This document shows, piece by piece, positions 8,951 to 17,412 of a DNA stretch of 32,000 bases. Position 1 is the first letter of the stretch. The number at the start of each line of letters is the position of its first letter. The notes below the pieces were generated by a model that was not told where the DNA came from, searched no databases, and saw only the letters and a program-made list of their open reading frames with translations. Origin of the DNA: Candidatus Helarchaeota ASGARD archaeon Hel_GB_B (GTDB taxonomy: Archaea > Asgardarchaeota > Lokiarchaeia > Helarchaeales > HEL-GB-B); NCBI GenBank assembly GCA_005191425.1, contig SUPR01000001.1, positions 40,380 to 72,379 of the forward strand, given 5' to 3'. A program made the position numbers and the translations under genes.

Positions 8951-9651
8951 TTATGCTCATTAACTTTTTACTCTATAAATATTTAAATTCATTTACCAAT
9001 GGTCCAACTATTATCCTATAATTTACTACTTGTTTATATTATTAAAGAGATTTCGAATGAATTTTCAATTTATTTTTCAATTATTAACAGCATTAATTTG
9101 TTGTTATTTTATTTATATTCAATTCATCTAAAAAATACAAATTTCTCGTCTATTAAAGCAAAATTTGTCAATTTTTATTGAATTAAAATTAATTGCACCT
9201 AACGAATGTAAATAAAAAATTTATATTAAAAATTCGAATTCTGTGGACTTTACCTAAGATAAATATCAATGATTAATATAGATAAAAATTAATATAATTA
9301 AATTATTTTTTACTTTTTTAGGATGTTCGACTTTTGTATAATTCTAATTTAGACTTTCAAATTTTATGAATACAATAAATTTTTAAGAAAAATATGGAAA
9401 AAAAAGGTGGTCAGGCATCTAAAAATTCAATTATATGAATTGAGGGATGAAATATGGCTAATTTCTTAATGGAGCCTGACCATATTTTAAATGGTCTAGA
9501 AACCAAAAATATAATAGTTATTAAGTTATAAAAAATTTTGTAAAATAGATTTTTATTTGTTTTTTTATACAAATTATAGACCAGAATAATTGAGCAATTA
9601 GTCCACAAAAATTTTTGAAGAATAGTAAATTTTTATCAATGTGAAACAATT

Positions 9652-10140
9652 ATGAGTATAAATAATAAAATAAAATATGACTTTAAGAATAAATCACTAG
9701 CTGATATCCTGCTTGACGAGCTAAAGTATCTAAGGTCAAGGACAGGTATTAGAGTAAGCATCATTTTATCTCAAAGTGGTAAAATACTGTCAATTCATGA
9801 GGATGCAGCATATGTGCCCGACCAATTAAGATATGGAGCAAGAAATCAACATATTGATAAAGAATATTTATCAAAATGGATTGTTTCTACTTCTAGGACT
9901 ATAGAATTCGTTTCAGAAAAAATGTTTACCGATGGAATAAAATTTATTATTTTAGAAGGAAATGATAAGAAAGAAGCAATAATAATGAATTATAAAGACC
10001 CAGATCCAGATATTTCCTTTATTTTAATGGGTTTATTAACAAAAGCTGGATCAATTGGACTTGGATATCAAGAAATAAAAGAGAGTTCTGAAAGAATAAA
10101 AGATATTTTAATAAGCTATAAAAATTATCAGAATTTATAA
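9652..10140 (+). CDS. Roadblock/LC7 (MglB/LAMTOR-like) domain protein
   Basis: Helix, then GIRVSIILSQSGKIL; central helix; IKFIILEG...AII; FILMGL....SIGL...EIK...ERI..IL: roadblock topology with an insertion. Confidence 0.7.
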   Translation: MSINNKIKYDFKNKSLADILLDELKYLRSRTGIRVSIILSQSGKILSIHEDAAYVPDQLRYGARNQHIDKEYLSKWIVSTSRTIEFVSEKMFTDGIKFIILEGNDKKEAIIMNYKDPDPDISFILMGLLTKAGSIGLGYQEIKESSERIKDILISYKNYQNL

Positions 10141-10320
10141 TATAATTAGGTATTATTAAAGAATAGTGATATTTTTATTAAGTATATTGAGAAAATAAAT
10201 ATATGAATTAATGACAAGATTTTTATGATGTTTTAATAAAATCTTAAATTTCAATTATAAATCGTTTTAGTATAAAGATTAACCAAATCAAATTTCAGAA
10301 AGTTCAGGAGTTTAGAAATT

Positions 10321-10713
10321 TTGTCAGAATTTGCTAGATTTATGGAATCTATTTCATCAGAAGCAACTGAAACAAAGATAAATGAACTTTCTGATGTCCT
10401 TAATAAAGTACTTCAGATAATAACAAAAGCACTTGATGATTTAACTGTAAAGATGGTCGGACTTGAAGAAGAAATATATTTTTTAGAGCAAAAGATTGAA
10501 AATATCCAGAGGAGGTCAAAGAATATTCAAGCATCACTGTCCAGACAAGAGGTAAGCCAGAAGGTAGTGACTAATAAAGAAACTAAACCACCAACTACCC
10601 AAACACAGATTAATCAACCTCAAAAACAAACCACAGAAAATGTAAAACCTGTACCCCTTAGATCTGCAGTAAATACTGAACTTAAAGATCTATTTAAAAA
10701 ATTGAAAAAATAA
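10321..10713 (+). CDS. Coiled-coil / low-complexity linker / C-terminal amphipathic helix protein (paralog 1)
   Basis: Heptads over aa ~18-75, T/Q/P-rich linker, ends RSAVNTELKDLFKKLKK; TTG start. Confidence 0.75.
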   Translation: MSEFARFMESISSEATETKINELSDVLNKVLQIITKALDDLTVKMVGLEEEIYFLEQKIENIQRRSKNIQASLSRQEVSQKVVTNKETKPPTTQTQINQPQKQTTENVKPVPLRSAVNTELKDLFKKLKK

Positions 10714-11156
10714 TGATGTTCAAAATGAGTGATAATTTTTTTAATATTTTAATGAAATCATCTACGGCTTCAATTGATGAAAAAATAAAGAAACTAAGCA
10801 TGGTATTAGACAAAATTATGGAAGTTGCAATCAAGTCAATAAGTGGAATTGAAAATCAAGTTCAAACTTTTGACGCAATATTAGCAGAAATTAGAAATAA
10901 AATTGAAGGACTAGAAGCTAATTTGACCGTTTTGGAACAGAAACAAGAAGCAATGGCAAAATCAAGTATTGGTAGCAGTACAACATTAGAAACGCCAATG
11001 CCCTCCCAATCTTCTCGTCCAGTTGAAACAAAACCTATAAATAAACCATTGGCACCTCCTGTATCAGCATCAACTCCAAAACCAACTCGGCCAATTAACC
11101 CCAGAGCTGAATTACAATCAGAATTAAAAGCACTTTTTTCAAAAATGAAGCGTTAA
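10713..11156 (+). CDS. Coiled-coil / Pro-Ser-Thr linker / C-terminal amphipathic helix protein (paralog 2)
   Basis: Shares KI..LS.VL.K...K.......KIE with paralog 1; ends RAELQSELKALFSKMKR; TAATG stop/start overlap. Confidence 0.75.
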   Translation: MMFKMSDNFFNILMKSSTASIDEKIKKLSMVLDKIMEVAIKSISGIENQVQTFDAILAEIRNKIEGLEANLTVLEQKQEAMAKSSIGSSTTLETPMPSQSSRPVETKPINKPLAPPVSASTPKPTRPINPRAELQSELKALFSKMKR

Positions 11157-11167
11157 AAAAAGAAGTT

Positions 11168-12079
11168 TTATTTATTAAAAAAATTTAATATTTCAGTTGC
11201 ACCACTTTTTAATGCAAGCCCTGCTAATTGAGTAGAGGAATTAGGGCCAATTTGAGTTATTATTAAAAATCCGCTTTTTTTGTTAGGAATTTTTACTGGC
11301 ATTAAAATTAATTTGCCTCGTTCACCATCAATTGTTGAGAAGGTCTTACCAATATTAAAAGCATCGCCCACAGAATTTGCAGACAATGCCACTGTTGATG
11401 CAATTAATGAACCAATATTGACATCAATTTCATGTGGAAAAGTCGAGAATAAAACACGCCCCTCAGTGGTAGAAATTAATGCAGCTATTGCTCCAGCTTT
11501 TGTTTTTATAGTTTCCATGATTTTATTTAGAGCTTTCATTGTTTCTTCATCATATAAAGGGACATTTTCTTTAGGTCCAATTAAAAATTTGCACATTTTA
11601 TCTCCTTTGGCAATACATTCAGTTTCATTTATCTCAACTTCAGAATCGAATAATACACTAGCCATACCTTTTAATATTCCTTGAATACCAAAACATGATG
11701 CTATTCCTTCTTCGTAAGCTTCAGGGGAGTTTTGAATCTCAATATATATTTTTTTATTATCTTCATCTATATTTATATTCCCCAATGTTGCACCCCAGCC
11801 TCCTCGTTCTAAGCTTCTTAAGATAAACCTAAACGCGGTATTTTTATCTGCTTTTTTCTTATCTATAACAAGTTCCATAAATCTTTTACCAATATCTTCT
11901 CCAATTTTAATATAAATTGGCCGAAGACCCTCTTTTAAAAATTTATTTGCAGTGAGATACATCTGTCTAAAATGTTCAATATGAAGTATAATTATTCTGA
12001 AATTGAAGCCTTTAATTTCTCCTTTAAAAATAGAAAAATCTTTGAAAGTAAAATTTTTAGTCTCTTCTAACAAGCCCAT
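11168..12079 (-). CDS. V4R (TRAPPC3/Bet3-related) domain fused to C-terminal roadblock domain
   Basis: GWG, NSPEA, SC..I.GIL.G......V...ETECIAKGD..CKF (V4R); then AALISTTEGRVL...I.GERGKLILMP...LII...P......GL (roadblock). Confidence 0.8.
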   Translation of the reverse strand: MGLLEETKNFTFKDFSIFKGEIKGFNFRIIILHIEHFRQMYLTANKFLKEGLRPIYIKIGEDIGKRFMELVIDKKKADKNTAFRFILRSLERGGWGATLGNINIDEDNKKIYIEIQNSPEAYEEGIASCFGIQGILKGMASVLFDSEVEINETECIAKGDKMCKFLIGPKENVPLYDEETMKALNKIMETIKTKAGAIAALISTTEGRVLFSTFPHEIDVNIGSLIASTVALSANSVGDAFNIGKTFSTIDGERGKLILMPVKIPNKKSGFLIITQIGPNSSTQLAGLALKSGATEILNFFNK

Positions 12080-12142
12080 ATTTTACACCTTTTATTATTA
12101 AAAAAGATAAATCATTTAAAATAAAAATAGAGTTAGATAGAT

Positions 12143-15100
12143 TTAAACTCTTGTAATTTTGGTAGATGAAGCCATCCAAATGGGTCCAATTATTTCGTGA
12201 ATTAACGCTACCAAAGTTTCTTGTTGAGATACTAATGCAGTTAATTGTGTTAGGTCGTATTTTTCAGAATATGGTGCAATTAATACTTCTTCACCGTCTC
12301 TACCAACTGCAAATAGGTTCATCTCAGGTCTTTGCCTTATTTGTACATTTCCTAATTCTAGCAACTCTCTAACCTGGTCTTTTGCTTCGTTCAAGATACG
12401 AGATGCAACAATTATTCTTATTCTTCGACTAGCGGATTTAATAGTTTCTAGAGGCAGGTCACTAAAATCAGGAGCTACAATAGATACAGTTGATTTTGTT
12501 CTCATAAGAATGTCCCGGATATATTCTTTTATTGCCTCAACACCTACTAATGGCCAAGTAAGTTCGCCGGATTTCGCTAGTATATTAGTAGTTTCCTGCC
12601 ATACTGCTCTTAGAAGTTGACTTACTTTTAAGGTTTCACCTTCAGCTTCTCTGAATGTAAATGCCGCATCTTTATTAGTGTTTGTAAGTCGCTCTGTTAA
12701 TATAGAATCGGTTTCATCTAATTTTGCAGCTAATTTTTCATTTAATGAATTTGCGTTTGATTCATAGTCAGTTTGGTGTTGGCTAGCTAATTGTAGTAAA
12801 TCAGTTTCTAGTTTTGCAGCATCTGCTTGGAATCCTGCGGCATGGTTGGAAATTGTTTCTTTACATTCCTCATAAGTTTTGGTAGTCAATTCTTTAATTT
12901 GTGCTAAATATTTATTATCAATTTCGTTTATATCGTTTTTTATTTGTGAAAATCCTTCATTCATAGTATTAGATATTTGCTCTTGGACATCATTTGCCAT
13001 TTTATTAACTCGTTCGTTATCATTGTTGACAAAATCTTTAATAGTATTTTTCATTTGATTTAATGCTTCGTGGCCACGGTTTTTAACATCATCTACTCGT
13101 TTAATTTCGGTCTGTACTATATTTGCGACATCATCTTTTTTCTCGTCTATCGATTTATTCATATTAGCTGTTATTTCATCTAATTCTCCTAACTTATTAT
13201 CATCAATTTCTTGAAGATTTTTCTTATGCTCCTGGATTATATTTGCAAGCAATGAAATAGATTTATTACGAATTTCATGTGATTGTGATTCAACATTACC
13301 TACTCTTAAGTCTAATGCTTTATAAAATTCATCACGCATTGAATCAAGTTCGTTTTGATATTCTTTGATTCTATCATCTAGAGTATCAGAAAGAACTTGC
13401 TCCAATTTACTTGTATCTTCTTGTAAAAGTTTATTTTGGCCGGAAATCTTGGATAAAAATTCGTCTTTCAATTTATTTAGTAAGTCGCTGTATCTTTTTA
13501 TGACATCATCTGATTTACTAACTATCGAGTCCTTCATTTTGTAAAAATCTAATTCTATTGCTTCTACTTGAGAATTAATTATTTCTTGAGACTGGTCACC
13601 ATATTTAGAAGCATTATCCTTGAACCAATTTAAGTTATTATTATTATATTTGTCAAAAACAGCAGATACATTTTCCTTTTTAGTATTTATCGATGAAATT
13701 TCGGAACTGATAATATCAGCAAGATTTTCAGTAGTATCGTTTGACCATTTGTCTAAAGATTCATTTACCTTATCTTGATAGTCTTTAATATTTACTTCTA
13801 ACTCTTTAACTAAATTTTTTGATGTTTCATTTATGGTATTAATTAATTGTTCATTAGCCCCGCGTTCTTCCTTAATTTTTTCATTTAATTTTCTAATAGC
13901 ATTATCAATAATTTCCTTAATTTCAGGTCTGTCTTTACTATATTCTTTTAATTCATTTTCCAGTTCTTTTTCCCAGTCACGGAGATTATGAATTGTTTTT
14001 GTTATTTCCCCTGATGAAACATTTTTAATTGAGTCGACCTTGGTCTGAATTTCGTCATGTAAAGTTTTCGATAAAGATTTTATCTTATTTTTTTCTTCAG
14101 ATTTCAGATTTTTAATTGAATTATTTGCTTTTGATTTTAAATCATCCAAATTTTTGTTTAAATTAGAAATACTTGCATCTAATTCTTGATTGAATTCACT
14201 CCTTGCGGAATTTATTTCATCTGTTAATTGAGCTAAACGCTCGTCTAAATTCGAAGTTAATGTTTTTTCCAAATCAGTTGACCCGGCTTGAAGCCTTTTA
14301 ATTTGACTTGTAAATTTGTCAAGAAATTCCTGTTGTATATCACCAACTAATTGCTTGAACCTTGAAATTAAATCATTTGTAAAATTTGCTACATCATTTG
14401 TAAATTGATAGAATTCGGTATCTCGTTTAGTAATTTCATTATTAAACAATTTTTCAGCAGTTTCACGAAAATTGCTGGCTCTATTTTTAAACCATTCCAT
14501 ATGATTATTTTGTGAATTTTGAATTTCAGACCTTAATTCCTTATCTTTTTCCCAAGTAGCTTCAATTTCCTTTTTTATCATTTCTAAGAATTCGTCTGAT
14601 AAATTTTTATGCCATTCATCATAGGCAGTGTAATTTTGATTGCGATTACTATTAATAATATCATTTACTCCTTTGACATATTCGACCATTATTCGATCAG
14701 TGAATTCATCAAATACGCCATCAATGCGAGTATTAAGTAGATTTAATCCTTCTACATTTTCGGCAGAGACTTTATCGAGAATTTCATTGCCGTAATTGTC
14801 CAAGACATTATCAATATTATTATTTAAATTATTTAATTCATTTTTATGTTCATCGGCTGTAGTATCATGTATATTTTTAGTTTTTTGCATTAATTCATTA
14901 TATCTATTTTCCAGGTCATTAGCCAAAGTGTCTTCATATTCATGAATTAATTTATTGTGGTCATCATTACGCTGATTAAAATTGTTAGTTATCTCTTCTT
15001 TTCTCGATTCCACATCAGAATTTAATTTTATTACTTGATTTGTAATTAAATTAGAAATTCCATCTCTAGCATTAATTGTATCTTTGGCAAATTGTTCTAA

Positions 15101-15514
15101 TTGAGTATTTATAGCCTCTGCTACTTGATCTTTAAGAGTTATGACCTCTTGCTTTAAGTCATTAATATGTTTATTAATGTTAGAATCGAAATCCTCTCGT
15201 TGTTTGATAGTTTTTTCTCTATATTGATCCAAAAATTGAGTAAAGGCAGAATAAGGGACGACTGGCATATATCTATTTATATCTTTAGCTGCTGAACCTA
15301 TTGCAACAGCAAGGTTATTATCTAAAAATTTTTGTATTGTATTTCTCGCTTCTTCCATTGAGATATTTGCCAATGCCGCTAAAGATGATTCAGTTATATA
15401 TCCTTTTGCATATAATGCGACAAAGGCTCTTGCTTCAGCTTCTGTTAATGTAACACCTCGTTCTTTAAAAGTATCTATAATTATTTGAAACATATTTTGG
15501 TTTTGTACACTCAT
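12143..15514 (-). CDS. TrmB-family architecture (N-terminal wHTH, C-terminal PLD-like effector domain) with ~880-aa helical insert
   Basis: N-terminus LTEAEARAFVAL...GYIT..SLA....IS......I.KFLD..L...RY.PV.P; C-terminus W.L.G.EAI..YI.D.L.R.KSTV.IVAP...RD.EEVLIAP; the middle is Pro-poor and helical. Confidence 0.8.
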   Translation of the reverse strand: MSVQNQNMFQIIIDTFKERGVTLTEAEARAFVALYAKGYITESSLAALANISMEEARNTIQKFLDNNLAVAIGSAAKDINRYMPVVPYSAFTQFLDQYREKTIKQREDFDSNINKHINDLKQEVITLKDQVAEAINTQLEQFAKDTINARDGISNLITNQVIKLNSDVESRKEEITNNFNQRNDDHNKLIHEYEDTLANDLENRYNELMQKTKNIHDTTADEHKNELNNLNNNIDNVLDNYGNEILDKVSAENVEGLNLLNTRIDGVFDEFTDRIMVEYVKGVNDIINSNRNQNYTAYDEWHKNLSDEFLEMIKKEIEATWEKDKELRSEIQNSQNNHMEWFKNRASNFRETAEKLFNNEITKRDTEFYQFTNDVANFTNDLISRFKQLVGDIQQEFLDKFTSQIKRLQAGSTDLEKTLTSNLDERLAQLTDEINSARSEFNQELDASISNLNKNLDDLKSKANNSIKNLKSEEKNKIKSLSKTLHDEIQTKVDSIKNVSSGEITKTIHNLRDWEKELENELKEYSKDRPEIKEIIDNAIRKLNEKIKEERGANEQLINTINETSKNLVKELEVNIKDYQDKVNESLDKWSNDTTENLADIISSEISSINTKKENVSAVFDKYNNNNLNWFKDNASKYGDQSQEIINSQVEAIELDFYKMKDSIVSKSDDVIKRYSDLLNKLKDEFLSKISGQNKLLQEDTSKLEQVLSDTLDDRIKEYQNELDSMRDEFYKALDLRVGNVESQSHEIRNKSISLLANIIQEHKKNLQEIDDNKLGELDEITANMNKSIDEKKDDVANIVQTEIKRVDDVKNRGHEALNQMKNTIKDFVNNDNERVNKMANDVQEQISNTMNEGFSQIKNDINEIDNKYLAQIKELTTKTYEECKETISNHAAGFQADAAKLETDLLQLASQHQTDYESNANSLNEKLAAKLDETDSILTERLTNTNKDAAFTFREAEGETLKVSQLLRAVWQETTNILAKSGELTWPLVGVEAIKEYIRDILMRTKSTVSIVAPDFSDLPLETIKSASRRIRIIVASRILNEAKDQVRELLELGNVQIRQRPEMNLFAVGRDGEEVLIAPYSEKYDLTQLTALVSQQETLVALIHEIIGPIWMASSTKITRV

Positions 15515-15523
15515 TTTATATTT

Positions 15524-15528
15524 CCTCC
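15524..15528 (-). promoter_or_regulatory. Shine-Dalgarno GGAGG between the ATPase-TPR stop and the TrmB-like start
   Basis: Minus strand reads TAAGGAGGAAATATAAAATG, supporting co-transcription. Confidence 0.7.
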
Positions 15529-17412
15529 TTATGAACTACCTCCTTCTATGGCTACTTTTGTTCTATTTAACTTTTCTACAAAATCAGCCAACCCTAAATT
15601 TTGGAATTTTTGAATGGAATCCTCCAAAATGTCCTTGGCTTTATCTACTTGCCCTTGAATTGCATATACATTTGATAAGTTAGTATAAAATTGCCATGCA
15701 TAAAAATATTCATTATTTGAAAAGAATGTCTTTGCTGCTTTTGTTAGTACATTTATTACTTCATTTGTGGCATTTATTTCTTCGAAATACTTTTTAGCTT
15801 GAGTATAGTTTGCTCTGGCTAATGGATATGCCTTGTCCTTAATGCAATCTTCGGCTTTTTCGACAAATAAATTAGCCAATTTATTTATTAATTCTTTCAC
15901 TTTTTCGGGTTCTCCTAAGCTTCTATTTACATCAATTGCATTAATGAGGACATCCCTGCCATAATCTAATAACCCTTTTTCGAGGAACTTTTCTGTAAAA
16001 CTTTCCAAAATATTTGCGGCTTTTTCTTTTTCATTAACTTTTACGAGACTATCCCCTGCAAGTAATATAAACTTAAAAACTTCATTATAATATCCATAAT
16101 TATAATAATTCATAGCTATATCATAATAACCATTTGCGATATGCTCAACTGCAGATACCAGTCCCGCTGTTAGAGAATCAGATCTTAGACGTTCTAATTC
16201 TTCGAATTGAAAATCTTCCAATAATCTTCCATTTTCAGCCAAATTCATTGCAACTTTAATTAGACCTCTTGCTTGCGCATCTACTGCAATATCACCCAAA
16301 CTACTTCGTAAATAAATCCAAAAACTGTCTAATGTAATATAATAAACACTATCTTCTTTACTCAAATATTTTCCAATCATTTTTTCAAGTATTGGTTTGA
16401 TATCTTCACTTTTTGCGCCAATCGAACGAGCTATTATATCAATATCTGCAAAATTTGCATTTTCCATTGCAAATGACTGTAATATTTTTCTTTCGTCCTC
16501 AGTTAATTCTTTAAGTTCTCGTCCAAAACCTTCTTTAACTCCGCCTTCAGCTTTAAACCATACATCTTTACCTAGTTCTCTTGTATCGCCTCTATTTTCA
16601 TACAACCATCCGCCATTATAAACTAAATAAAGAGGAATTCCACCACTATGTCTTAATAAATTCTCTTTTATCTCTTCACTAAATTTAATTCCTGCTGCAT
16701 CTGCTCTTTTATCAAGTAATTCTATTGCATCAGCATTATTTAAAGTTGGTAAACCTATTTCGTGAAAATCCTCTAATACATAACGAACTTTTGGATAATA
16801 CTTTTCCCAAACAGACATCAAAAAGAGAACAGGGAGGTTTGGATTTTTTACATCCGTTTTTATAGCGTCTACTATTGCTTTTAATACATCAAATGCATTG
16901 TCATGATTTAATATTATAAATCTTTCAACAAGATTAGAAACAATTAGAATACCTTTTTTATTGAATTTATTACCTTGAATATTTTTAATAATTTTAGGTA
17001 ATTTTTTAACAATTTTTTTCAAAAAAGAATCAATATACTTACTCATATCAGGGATTTCATAGCTGCTTTTTAAAAGCGGAGCTTTTTTACCTGGTTTTGT
17101 AATAGGTTTCTTTTTGTCCACGGGTTTCGTTATTTCATCTAATTCATTGCTTATTACATCGAAATAACCTTCAATATTTATCAATGGTACATCATATCTA
17201 ATTACCAGAAAACCATTTGATGAAGCTATGGACTCGATTTGTTTTAAAAAACTTCTTCTACCAATTCCTTCGCGTCCATGTAATATTAAGCCATGTGAAA
17301 TATTTTCTCGGTCAGCTATTTTTTGCAAAATTCCTGAAAATTGATCTATTTCTCTTTTTCTTCCCACAAAGAATTTCGCTGGGCATGTTTCTAATTTAAA
17401 TGGGTCCGTCAT
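15529..17412 (-). CDS. STAND-like AAA ATPase (degenerate Walker A/B) - winged helix - TPR/SNAP-like repeat protein
   Basis: FVGRKREI, LILHGREGIGRRSFL, I.LPTL...DA.ELL..RA, SGGIPLYL, L..DER.IL; C-terminal helical repeats with A..YY/AKKYF patterns. Confidence 0.8.
   Translation of the reverse strand: MTDPFKLETCPAKFFVGRKREIDQFSGILQKIADRENISHGLILHGREGIGRRSFLKQIESIASSNGFLVIRYDVPLINIEGYFDVISNELDEITKPVDKKKPITKPGKKAPLLKSSYEIPDMSKYIDSFLKKIVKKLPKIIKNIQGNKFNKKGILIVSNLVERFIILNHDNAFDVLKAIVDAIKTDVKNPNLPVLFLMSVWEKYYPKVRYVLEDFHEIGLPTLNNADAIELLDKRADAAGIKFSEEIKENLLRHSGGIPLYLVYNGGWLYENRGDTRELGKDVWFKAEGGVKEGFGRELKELTEDERKILQSFAMENANFADIDIIARSIGAKSEDIKPILEKMIGKYLSKEDSVYYITLDSFWIYLRSSLGDIAVDAQARGLIKVAMNLAENGRLLEDFQFEELERLRSDSLTAGLVSAVEHIANGYYDIAMNYYNYGYYNEVFKFILLAGDSLVKVNEKEKAANILESFTEKFLEKGLLDYGRDVLINAIDVNRSLGEPEKVKELINKLANLFVEKAEDCIKDKAYPLARANYTQAKKYFEEINATNEVINVLTKAAKTFFSNNEYFYAWQFYTNLSNVYAIQGQVDKAKDILEDSIQKFQNLGLADFVEKLNRTKVAIEGGSS

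Noticed and set aside
9408-9482. tRNA interpretation of the 75-nt structure ending in CCA
   Set aside because: No proper 7-bp acceptor stem offset from CCA, no TTC T-loop or D-loop GG, and only two inner arms.
8999-9608. 60-aa and 65-aa ORFs in the long intergenic gap
   Set aside because: Composition reflects AT-rich noncoding DNA (F/I/N/L/Y/K-rich); no SD or homology cue.
11280-11684. 134-aa plus-strand ORF
   Set aside because: Entirely antisense to the V4R-roadblock gene with no recognisable motifs; shadow ORF.
12143-15514. SMC/Rad50 or methyl-accepting chemotaxis call for the long helical protein
   Set aside because: No Walker A/B, ABC signature, Zn-hook or MCP hairpin motif; the termini are TrmB-like.
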